Shown here piece after piece: positions 26,371 through 34,790 of a DNA stretch of 64,000 nucleotides. Positions within the stretch are counted from its first letter, which is position 1, and each line of letters starts with the position of its first letter. The position numbers and the translations under genes are program-made. Below the pieces are notes generated by a model, which had not been told where the DNA came from, did no database searches, and was given only the letters and a program-made list of their open reading frames with translations. The stretch lies in IMG/VR virus record IMGVR_UViG_3300036770_003016; one strand, 5' to 3'. The DNA comes from a virus.

Positions 26371-26390
26371 CTGGGTGTCCCGTTTGAAAA

Positions 26391-26822
26391 TTAATGTAGC
26401 TTATTATTCTTTTGCTCTTTCATTATCTCTTGCATCTCTTCTAAAGTTAGTTGTTGTTCTTCCTCATCGTAGTACTCATCTTCATCTTCTTCATCAGACA
26501 TCATTAAAGATTCACCAATCTGTTCATCCCCAAGTAGTTCTTCTGTTTGAAAAGCTGCATTGATATAATAAGAAACAAGTTCATCTCTTGGTTCTACAAT
26601 AGTAAGAATGTCAGATGCATCAATAATTGCTGAATTCTCTTTAATGAGTTCAACAGGTAACCAAGGCATCATCATCATAACAGTTTTACCAGTAGGTAAT
26701 CTTTTAAAGACAACATGCATTGGCTTATCTAGTAGAACCATATCATTATCTTTATCATCAGAATAATTTGCAATGATATCTTCACCAGATTGTAGTCGAA
26801 CTATTTTTATGTTATTTTCCAT
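26391..26822 (-). CDS. Conserved T4-like protein (Sm-like fold, acidic tail)
   Basis: IKIVRLQSGEDIIA...PW; typical position between uvsW and gp55. Confidence 0.75.
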   Translation of the reverse strand: MENNIKIVRLQSGEDIIANYSDDKDNDMVLLDKPMHVVFKRLPTGKTVMMMMPWLPVELIKENSAIIDASDILTIVEPRDELVSYYINAAFQTEELLGDEQIGESLMMSDEEDEDEYYDEEEQQLTLEEMQEIMKEQKNNKLH

Positions 26823-28281
26823 CTTTTAACTCTATGTTGTAAAATTTATAATTGAACTTCTCTTCATCATAGATTATACACCTAGCAATGAAATGTTTCA
26901 AGGTGTAATTGGCATATTTGCCTATACGAAAATCATCTGTGATATCAAATAAAGTTGCTTCTTCTTTGTTATCACCTTTACGAAGCCCACGACCTATGGA
27001 CTGAAGATTACGGATACGAGACTTGGAAGGAGAAGCAAAAACAATGTTGTGAAGATTACGAATGTTAATACCTGTGCTGAATGTTCCATAAGATGCCACA
27101 ATGATTGCATTGTTTTCTTTTTCTGTGATTTCTCTGACTGATTCTCTGACTTCGACATCTGTGCCTCCAAACACAAAAAATACATGTCTTTTACTTGCGG
27201 CTTCTTTAATCAATGAGTGTAATTGTCTGCCATGTTTATCTACAAGATTAAACAACACAAGTGTATTGCCTTCTAAAGAAAGAGTTAAATTCTTAATGAA
27301 TTCATTTCTTTTAGTGTTACTTACTATGTAGTTAATCTCTGTTTGATAGTCCCATTTCGTTGCTTGTTTGCAAATTTCTTCTGGGTACTTAAGTATTAAA
27401 CACTTGATCTTAAAATCTGCCAAATGTTTTTGTTCAATCAATTCTGAAGTTGTTGTTGATTGATATACAGGCCCAAACAATCCTTCTAGTACGAGTCTAT
27501 GTGTTTGTGTTCCATCAAGTGTACCTGTTGTGCCAATTCTATATTTGGCATTAGTGCAACCTGTTAGAATAGTGGTAAGTGATTTTGCTTTGAACTGGTG
27601 TGCTTCGTCACCAAGAACAAAATCAAACTGTTCAAAATATTCAGGATCATTTTTGTAGATAGATTGCCATGTAGATATAGTAAGAAACTTATCTATCGTG
27701 CGATCTTTACCTGAATACAATCTATGGCAATATTCATCTGAATCAAAACCGTATGATGAAAAATCTTTAAACATCTGTTCAACAAGAGAAGTTGTTGGTA
27801 CAATCAACAGGCCTTTCTTGTAGTCAGCCTCTAATAGGTATCTTACAATTAGATATATGATAAGTGATTTACCTGATGCCGTAGGAGATACGAGCAACAT
27901 TCTTTTGTTTCTTACAGAATGTACAAAAGATTTTAATTGATAGTCACGAACTTCATGTGGTATATTTAATGTATCGATAAATGCTTTTGCTTCAACTAAC
28001 GAATAATTCTCAGTAGTTGACACATCAGAATCTATTTCTAATGTGTATTCTCTTTCTTTACAAAATTTTTCAACATACGGTACTAATCCAAAATACAAAG
28101 TCTGTTCTCGTAATGAAAACAGACGAATGTATCCATCCCACATTTTATTTTTGTATGCAGGTACAAATTGAAATCCTGGTACTCTAAAAGAAAAGTATTG
28201 ATGTAACTCTTGAGCAAAATGTTTCTCACATTCTATGCGTATGTAAGACTCATTTATTTTATGTAGAACTAAATCTGCCAA
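26812..28281 (-). CDS. uvsW: SF2 DNA helicase UvsW
   Basis: SPTASGKS, GDEAH, TGT, STGINI, QSIGRGLR. Confidence 0.97.
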   Translation of the reverse strand: MADLVLHKINESYIRIECEKHFAQELHQYFSFRVPGFQFVPAYKNKMWDGYIRLFSLREQTLYFGLVPYVEKFCKEREYTLEIDSDVSTTENYSLVEAKAFIDTLNIPHEVRDYQLKSFVHSVRNKRMLLVSPTASGKSLIIYLIVRYLLEADYKKGLLIVPTTSLVEQMFKDFSSYGFDSDEYCHRLYSGKDRTIDKFLTISTWQSIYKNDPEYFEQFDFVLGDEAHQFKAKSLTTILTGCTNAKYRIGTTGTLDGTQTHRLVLEGLFGPVYQSTTTSELIEQKHLADFKIKCLILKYPEEICKQATKWDYQTEINYIVSNTKRNEFIKNLTLSLEGNTLVLFNLVDKHGRQLHSLIKEAASKRHVFFVFGGTDVEVRESVREITEKENNAIIVASYGTFSTGINIRNLHNIVFASPSKSRIRNLQSIGRGLRKGDNKEEATLFDITDDFRIGKYANYTLKHFIARCIIYDEEKFNYKFYNIELKDGK

Positions 28282-28716
28282 TTAAACACCTTGTATAAAT
28301 TTTTCATACTCTATGAATCCTCTCAATTGATATGTTCTACTATTTAGCTCTTTTATAATGCTGATGCAAACCTCAACGATTTCTTCATACATAATTTTTT
28401 GAGCCTTGTACTTGTTCATATCTTCATCACTATCTAAGTATGTAGTGATATCGGATTTAAGTACAAAAGGAAATGGTTCCCAACCATACTGTTTCAGTTG
28501 AGCATCATCTAATTTGCCAGTATAGTATTCCCACTTTAACTTCTTCATCTTGTTATACTTAAACTCAGAGTCACGAATTGCTAGACGATAATGAGAAAGT
28601 ATGTTAAGATATTTACTGTGAAGTTTTGGAATGTCTAGAAGTGCTTTACCTGGTTCAGTACGATCAATCTCACTATCTTTACCCCACATCTCTAAAAGTT
28701 CATTTAATTTAACCAT
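28282..28716 (-). CDS. uvsY: Recombination mediator UvsY
   Basis: IPKLHSKYL, EYYTGK, RTYQLR; synteny. Confidence 0.93.
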   Translation of the reverse strand: MVKLNELLEMWGKDSEIDRTEPGKALLDIPKLHSKYLNILSHYRLAIRDSEFKYNKMKKLKWEYYTGKLDDAQLKQYGWEPFPFVLKSDITTYLDSDEDMNKYKAQKIMYEEIVEVCISIIKELNSRTYQLRGFIEYEKFIQGV

Positions 28717-28717
28717 A

Positions 28718-28763
28718 GTTATCCTCCTATCTATAGGATAACATAAACAATATTAGTTGTCAA
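28718..28763 (-). promoter_or_regulatory. sigma70-like promoter overlapping an RBS-sequestering hairpin for uvsY
   Basis: TTGACA-N17-TATCCT; GTTATCCT/AGGATAAC inverted repeat includes the SD. Confidence 0.55.
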
Positions 28764-29314
28764 GCAGTATTTGCAGTTTCTACTTTTTCTACATCAAACA
28801 ATGTAAAACGGAATGTTGCATCTGCCGTTATGATAGAATCTGGACTTTCGGTAGTTGAAACAACAAATGATGATACCGAAATGGGGAATACATCATAGAA
28901 TTTGAAACGAATACTTGGCTGATTAGAAGAAGTCAATAAGGTAAGTGTTGCGTCAGAATATTGAGGCAATCTTGTGTTGATTGATCTGGCATATGAATTT
29001 AATTGAGGCAATGCTTTATATTCATCATAGTTAAATGGGAATGTCATTGCACGAATCCAATCGTGTATTTCTTTCCAAGCTGTTAGTTCTTCGTCAACAT
29101 AGAATGTAATATTCAATACATCGTATACTGGTTTTTCTCCAGGTAAATATATTTCAACAAATGGATTTGTTTGAGGCACTTCAGATGTTGCTATACCTGG
29201 TACATTTATTGTTTGGCAAAAGAATTGTAAATTTGGCGCTCTTGCGAACGACAAAAGAAATTTGTTTGATTGATATAGATTTGGATTTTTTGGATTTCTA
29301 ACTATTGCTGTCAT
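28760..29314 (-). CDS. gp3: Tail completion / sheath stabiliser gp3
   Basis: FFCQTINVPGI, FYVDEEL..W.EIHDW, SDATL, FPIS. Confidence 0.88.
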   Translation of the reverse strand: MTAIVRNPKNPNLYQSNKFLLSFARAPNLQFFCQTINVPGIATSEVPQTNPFVEIYLPGEKPVYDVLNITFYVDEELTAWKEIHDWIRAMTFPFNYDEYKALPQLNSYARSINTRLPQYSDATLTLLTSSNQPSIRFKFYDVFPISVSSFVVSTTESPDSIITADATFRFTLFDVEKVETANTA

Positions 29315-29517
29315 GTAGTTTTCTTTATATGAAGTGCTATGTCTATGATTTGTTCTTGCTCTATCATAGTTATAATCTTACTTGTTAAGCTTATTTCTTG
29401 TTGAATGAACAACATTTTCAACTGAAGTTCTTTCAATTGTTGATTATAGAATTCTAGCTCTTGTTGTTTTCTTGCCCGCATGTCGAGCAAATCTGTTATC
29501 ATTAGTATCTCGCTCAT
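29311..29517 (-). CDS. Small coiled-coil hypothetical protein
   Basis: 68-aa ORF just after a TATAAATA late promoter (29523-29530). Confidence 0.7.
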   Translation of the reverse strand: MSEILMITDLLDMRARKQQELEFYNQQLKELQLKMLFIQQEISLTSKIITMIEQEQIIDIALHIKKTT

Positions 29518-29532
29518 ACCATTATTTATAAT

Positions 29533-29563
29533 AAAAAAAGGGAACTATTTCTAGTTCCCTTTT
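29533..29563 (-). terminator. Terminator after gp23
   Basis: AAAAGGGAACTA/TAGTTCCCTTTT inverted repeat with a T run. Confidence 0.85.
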
Positions 29564-29601
29564 AAAGTCTCTTATTGTTATAAGAATAATTTGAGACTGA
29601 A

Positions 29602-30957
29602 TTACATTAAGTTTGCAATCTTGAAGCCACGGTAGTATACGTTGCTCATAGCACCAAGAGCGCCAAGACCTTGTGTAGTACCTTCTGCAAATGGGTTGGC
29701 AACTAGACCGTAACGAGTCTTGAAACCAATCTTTGGTTGGAAAGTACCTGTATCAACTGCACGAACCATTTGCAATGGTACGTATGGGCAGTAGAACATA
29801 CCAGCGTCATAGGCATTAGAACCTTTGTAACCAACAACTGCGAACTCAGATGTTGCACCAACTGGGAAATATGGGTCGATATAAACTTTGATACGACCAA
29901 ACAATGTACCAGCGTATGTGTTACCTGTATCGTCAACTGTTAGATTAACTTGACCTTGTAGAGCAGACTGATAATCAAGAATACCAGCCATTGCAAATGC
30001 GGAAGCAACATCAGAAGAACAAATCATGATGTTACCTTTCCCTCTACGAGTAAGTTTTGCAATTGTGTTTGCTTCTCTTTCGATTTGGAAAGCAAGACCT
30101 TTAACTTTTTCAACCATCCAGCGACCATTTGAATCTGTGTCAAGGTTGAAAGTACCGGCAGTTGTTGTACCTACTTGAGCACCAACTTTGGCAATCTTGT
30201 AGATTGTACGAATAACTTCACGGTTGATCTCTGCAAGAATTTCAGAAGAAAGAATATTTGCGAGTTCTGTTTCAGCGTCAAGACCATGAACTGCCTTAAG
30301 GTCTTGTGCGAGTTCCATAGAGTACTCAGCCTTAAGAGCACGGGTCTTAGCAGTAACAGTGACTTTCTCAATTGAGAAGGCCATTTCATTAAAGTCTGCG
30401 GAACCACCAGCAACATCTCCAAGAGATTCAGCTGTAGCAGTTGCCATACCAGCACCAGCAGCAACAGATGCAGATGTAAATGTGTTACCAGAACCTAATG
30501 CAGTATTAGCAGCAAGTGCGAGATCAGTCTGTGATGTACCTGCACCAGAGAATACTGTATTTGCTTCATTGTAGAAGGCTTCAGTATTAGTATTTGCCTG
30601 ACCGTCGTAACGAGTTCTCATTGCAAAAATAAGTCCTGTTGGACCTGTCATTGGCTGAACGCCGCAAACATCATAAGCAATAAGATTTGGTAAAGAACGG
30701 CGAACTAAAGAAATAAGAATTGGGTCGAAACCTGCAACTGGGCCGTATGCATCAGCAGAACCACCAAAACCGCCTGTGCCTACTTGTGATGTTGGACCTG
30801 CTTCTGTAAGAATATTAGAAGCTTTCTTCATTTCTACAGCTTGGTTCTCAAGAATAACAGCTGTAACTGCCTTACGATAAGGATCAGAAATTTTTGGAAG
30901 GTCTGGGTGCTCTAATACACCTTCCCATTTCTTTTGAAGTTGTTCTGAAAGATACAT
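29602..30957 (-). CDS. gp23: Major capsid protein gp23
   Basis: GVQPMTGPTGLIFAMR, KTRALKAEYSMELAQDLKAVHGLDAE, FQPKIGFKTRYG. Confidence 0.99.
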   Translation of the reverse strand: MYLSEQLQKKWEGVLEHPDLPKISDPYRKAVTAVILENQAVEMKKASNILTEAGPTSQVGTGGFGGSADAYGPVAGFDPILISLVRRSLPNLIAYDVCGVQPMTGPTGLIFAMRTRYDGQANTNTEAFYNEANTVFSGAGTSQTDLALAANTALGSGNTFTSASVAAGAGMATATAESLGDVAGGSADFNEMAFSIEKVTVTAKTRALKAEYSMELAQDLKAVHGLDAETELANILSSEILAEINREVIRTIYKIAKVGAQVGTTTAGTFNLDTDSNGRWMVEKVKGLAFQIEREANTIAKLTRRGKGNIMICSSDVASAFAMAGILDYQSALQGQVNLTVDDTGNTYAGTLFGRIKVYIDPYFPVGATSEFAVVGYKGSNAYDAGMFYCPYVPLQMVRAVDTGTFQPKIGFKTRYGLVANPFAEGTTQGLGALGAMSNVYYRGFKIANLM

Positions 30958-30971
30958 AAAATACTCCTTAA

Positions 30972-32009
30972 TTAAATTTTAGTTTTAGAAATTGCTTTTG
31001 ATACTGCGGCAACAAAAGGATCATTGATATTTTTGTTTGCATCTTCAGTATCTTCTACTTGTTCATGAAGTTGTTCTGCATCTGCCTTTTTAACGCCAGA
31101 TGGGAAATAGTTTTCACGGATTGTTTCAAGTTTTTCTTTGTACTCTTCCTCTGTGGAAAACTCTACACTCTCTGCGAGTGATTTGATTTTTTCAACTTGA
31201 GTTGCCGTTAAACCATCACATACTTCATAAGTAATTTGGGATTTGACAGACTCGACAAGAGCCTTTTTATACTCAACTGCACGCTCAATCTCTTCATTAA
31301 GTTTACCTTCAAGTTCTTCAACTTTACCAGCAAGTTCATCAACGAGATCGACTTTTTCAGCAGGAACATCAATATAATGTTCTGCAAATAGATTACGAAG
31401 ACCAGCAATAAATTCCTCAGAGAGTTCTGCACGAAGACCTGATTCAATTGCCAATTCGTTTTCTTTTAACCACTGCTCAACAACATAGTTGAGATAGTCA
31501 TCAACCTTTTCGGTTAATTCTGTTTTGATTGTTTCTACTGCTTCTTCAAGCATAGAAGCATAATCAGCTTCTAATTGTTCTTGAATCTGAAGAACTCTGT
31601 CATTAACACGAGCTTCAAAAATTGTAGAAACTTTTGATCTGAAATCTTCAGAGATTGTAGAATCATCACCAAAGATTGCATCTACATCTTCTTTAATAGA
31701 GTTTTGAAACTCTTCTTCAGAATCAATTAATTCTTGATCTTCATCAGTCTCTTCTTCTTCTTTTCTCAAGTTAGTAGAAGGCATTGCTGAAGATGCATCA
31801 GAAGGTTTTGTTGTTGGTGCAGTTGCACTCTTAGCTGCCTTTGTTGTATGAATCTTGTTAGAATCATCATCAGGTTTGCTATTTTGTGGAGTTGGACCGC
31901 CAAGGTCTACAACACCACCTTCTAATTTTTGTGGAGGCATTGCTGTAGCTTTACTCTTGCTTCCTGCAAGAATTTCTGCTGCTGCTTCCATTAGTTGATT
32001 TGTTGCCAT
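30972..32009 (-). CDS. gp22: Prohead core scaffold gp22
   Basis: KVDDYLNYVVEQW..ENELAIESGL; acidic coiled coil. Confidence 0.95.
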   Translation of the reverse strand: MATNQLMEAAAEILAGSKSKATAMPPQKLEGGVVDLGGPTPQNSKPDDDSNKIHTTKAAKSATAPTTKPSDASSAMPSTNLRKEEEETDEDQELIDSEEEFQNSIKEDVDAIFGDDSTISEDFRSKVSTIFEARVNDRVLQIQEQLEADYASMLEEAVETIKTELTEKVDDYLNYVVEQWLKENELAIESGLRAELSEEFIAGLRNLFAEHYIDVPAEKVDLVDELAGKVEELEGKLNEEIERAVEYKKALVESVKSQITYEVCDGLTATQVEKIKSLAESVEFSTEEEYKEKLETIRENYFPSGVKKADAEQLHEQVEDTEDANKNINDPFVAAVSKAISKTKI

Positions 32010-32031
32010 TAGGATTCTCCTTATGATTTCT

Positions 32032-32039
32032 TATTTATA
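32032..32039 (-). promoter_or_regulatory. T4 late promoter upstream of gp22
   Basis: TATAAATA. Confidence 0.8.
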
Positions 32040-32042
32040 AAA

Positions 32043-32693
32043 TTAAAGTTTTCTGAGGTAATTTTCAAACAGTTTTAGAGCAACTTCTTCGATTTGTTTC
32101 TTAGAAGCTCTCTGAATAGTTTTCTTTGCACGGTCATGGTCTGCCTCTACAAATTTACCGTCAATTAACATCCATTCTTTATTTTCCATGATGCCGTTAA
32201 CGAAAGCACCAGGTGCAGATGGATCAGCCACAATATCAGCAGCAGTTGCAAGTCTAAGGTCATCTTGTACCAAATTATAACCTTCTTTAGTTTGAACAAG
32301 AGAACCTAGTGCTCTGGATGAAACACCTACACTTATGTCGTTCTCAATAAAGTTTCTGACAATTTGACCATATGGTGTTTCAAGAATAAGTGCTTTACCA
32401 AAAAATGTATTACCATTTTCAGTAAGTGATAGAATTTTGTGTGAGACTCTTTCTAAATTGAGTGAAGGCGTATCTGGGTGACCAAGTTCACCTAATGCAC
32501 GACCTTCTTTAATATACTCTTCGGTATATCTAGCAACCTCATTACGCAATGTATCCATTTTGTACATACGATTGTTCTTGTTGACTCTATCACCAACAAG
32601 AAAAGTTCCTTCAATGTAAAGTTTTTTCTTACCGTCTTCTGTTTCTTCGGTAAGATATTTTACATTCTCTACTGTTTCTCTAATTAGTTTCAT
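32043..32693 (-). CDS. gp21: Prohead protease gp21
   Basis: ALGELGHP, GVSSRALGS, DIVADPSAPGAFV. Confidence 0.96.
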   Translation of the reverse strand: MKLIRETVENVKYLTEETEDGKKKLYIEGTFLVGDRVNKNNRMYKMDTLRNEVARYTEEYIKEGRALGELGHPDTPSLNLERVSHKILSLTENGNTFFGKALILETPYGQIVRNFIENDISVGVSSRALGSLVQTKEGYNLVQDDLRLATAADIVADPSAPGAFVNGIMENKEWMLIDGKFVEADHDRAKKTIQRASKKQIEEVALKLFENYLRKL

Positions 32694-32694
32694 T

Positions 32695-33060
32695 TTACAT
32701 TCCTGTTAGTGATGGGCTGTATGTTGCTGTTTTTGCCAATTGTATAATTAATGTTCCACCTGAACCAGAATTGGTAATATGAACATTTGATGTAGCACTA
32801 TTAGCAAAAGAAATATCATATTCATAAAGAACAAAATGTGTCGTGTTCAATAATTCTAAGATCAATTCTCCACTAGTGTTATCGCCTCTGTATACTCTCC
32901 AAACACCATCTGTTGTTGCAGAGACTTGTGCGATAGCAGCTTCAGTTACAGTTTCAGCTGGACTTGCTGCCAATTGTGAAAGTGTAATAGTAGTTGCAGT
33001 ATTACCTGTAACTCTAATTGTAGATTTAGCTCTAAGAGCATTTAAAATTTCGTATGCCAT
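32695..33060 (-). CDS. Hypothetical head-region protein
   Basis: 121-aa ORF, tightly packed in the head operon. Confidence 0.7.
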   Translation of the reverse strand: MAYEILNALRAKSTIRVTGNTATTITLSQLAASPAETVTEAAIAQVSATTDGVWRVYRGDNTSGELILELLNTTHFVLYEYDISFANSATSNVHITNSGSGGTLIIQLAKTATYSPSLTGM

Positions 33061-33061
33061 T

Positions 33062-33517
33062 TTACCTTAATCCTATCGAGGCTCTTCTACGCATTGACAT
33101 CTTTCTCTTCATTAATGTCCTGCGTATTTTTGCTCTCCGTGTTGTTTTCCATGATCGTTTTAACAGTCTTGCTTTTCTTAATCTTTCAATAGTAGGTATT
33201 CTTTTAATTGTATTACCTTTACCTGCTATTCTAAAACCTTTAATACTTGATCTTCTAGCATTTTTTTGTACAACAATTCTACCTTTAGCATTTCTACGAA
33301 TTCTTCTACGAATTCTTTGCACTCTACCCATCTTAACAATGTTTGGATTTCTTTTTGGTGCAGCTTCATCTATAATTTCAACTTCTTCAAATATATCAGC
33401 TGCAATATATTTTTTTGCTTCTGCTAATCTTTTTCTCAATATTTCATTTAGATGATTTCTAATATCATCTTTTGCTTCTTGTAATTTATTATTTAAAATA
33501 AAATCTATAAATTTCAT
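33062..33517 (-). CDS. Very basic prohead core protein (gp68-like position)
   Basis: R/K-rich C-terminus ending KRKMSMRRRASIGL. Confidence 0.65.
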   Translation of the reverse strand: MKFIDFILNNKLQEAKDDIRNHLNEILRKRLAEAKKYIAADIFEEVEIIDEAAPKRNPNIVKMGRVQRIRRRIRRNAKGRIVVQKNARRSSIKGFRIAGKGNTIKRIPTIERLRKARLLKRSWKTTRRAKIRRTLMKRKMSMRRRASIGLR

Positions 33518-34362
33518 TTTTTAACTTTACTAAATGCAAAGTCTGCTGCTTTTGCCAAATGTGCAGGTGATTTATGAACCATATCTGCAAACTTCTTTTT
33601 GTTATCATCGTTCAATGCTTTATGAACTTGTGTAATTGCCGATGCAGTATAGTGATCAACTGATTGTGTTTGACCATTACCAAATTTAACACTTTGTTTT
33701 TGTTTAGCTGCAACTATTTTATGTAGTTGATCCATTACTGCTTCTTCTAACTCAACATTTTCTACACTTTCAGCCTGAACTGGTGCATCAAGATTTTTAT
33801 CTGTAGAATAAGGAACACTAAAATACTTATTAATTTTATCACTGTAGTATAATGCTATTCTTGTATCATTTGGAAATAATCTAATTGCTTTTCTTTTGAG
33901 AACTAAAACAAAAGGTGGTTCTATTTGAGATAGTGACTCATCTAGTTCTACTTTATGTAAAACTTCTACTTCTTCTTTTTGTTGTTCGTCTTCTTCTCTA
34001 CCATACTGTTCATCACCAATTTTAATTCTATGTGCTTTATATTTTTTACCTGACTTAGTTGTTTTATAATCAGAAGTATCTAGAATACTTTCTTCTAATT
34101 CTTCACGAACAGCACGGCGAGTTTGTTGAAATATTTGTTTGTTATTAGAAATTAAATCAACCATTTTATTAAAAAGATTTTGAAGAATCATTCTATCTGC
34201 ATTGTTGAATACAGGTCTATCTTCTTTCATTTTGTCAAGAATCTTATGAATTCTTTGTAACTGTGCTTTGTTTGCAAGCCCAGCACGAACAAGCATATCA
34301 AACTTTGCGTAGTCTGATTCTTCTTCTATAATTGGTTGTTTAAATTCTGTTAATGATTTCAT
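33514..34362 (-). CDS. Internal head/prohead core hypothetical protein
   Basis: Likely start MKSLTEFK at 34362; repeated LEE/LDE potential gp21 cleavage motifs. Confidence 0.65.
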   Translation of the reverse strand: MKSLTEFKQPIIEEESDYAKFDMLVRAGLANKAQLQRIHKILDKMKEDRPVFNNADRMILQNLFNKMVDLISNNKQIFQQTRRAVREELEESILDTSDYKTTKSGKKYKAHRIKIGDEQYGREEDEQQKEEVEVLHKVELDESLSQIEPPFVLVLKRKAIRLFPNDTRIALYYSDKINKYFSVPYSTDKNLDAPVQAESVENVELEEAVMDQLHKIVAAKQKQSVKFGNGQTQSVDHYTASAITQVHKALNDDNKKKFADMVHKSPAHLAKAADFAFSKVKK

Positions 34363-34375
34363 GTTATTAATTCTA

Positions 34376-34774
34376 TTAAGGCATACGATCAAGGTCTCTG
34401 TGTAAACGACCTTGCATCTTATCCATTGCTTTTCCAAAACCAGCTAAATGTTTTTGTTTCTTTGCACCTTGTGGCATTGTTCTAGTTTTGTCAACTACTT
34501 TTCCAGCATAAGACTTTAAAGTTTCATTTGAAAGTTCATCAATCTGTTCTACTTCTTCTTGAGTAACAGTCTCTTCATCTTCAATAGGAGTATCAGCAGT
34601 ATCTTGTACTTCTACTTTTTCTTGACCGTTGTTGAATAATGTTGATGCAATTTCTTTTTTAAATGCATCTAATGATTCAAATGCTTTTGTTGAAAGAGCA
34701 TTATTAATTGATTCTTTAGCTGCAACATTGTCTCCTGCTGCTAACTGTTCAATAAAATCTTTAATTTGAGACAT
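34376..34774 (-). CDS. Prohead core protein (gp67-like)
   Basis: Follows the portal; IDELS motif; preceded by TATAAATA at 34799-34806. Confidence 0.65.
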   Translation of the reverse strand: MSQIKDFIEQLAAGDNVAAKESINNALSTKAFESLDAFKKEIASTLFNNGQEKVEVQDTADTPIEDEETVTQEEVEQIDELSNETLKSYAGKVVDKTRTMPQGAKKQKHLAGFGKAMDKMQGRLHRDLDRMP

Positions 34775-34790
34775 GTTAAACTCCTTTAAA

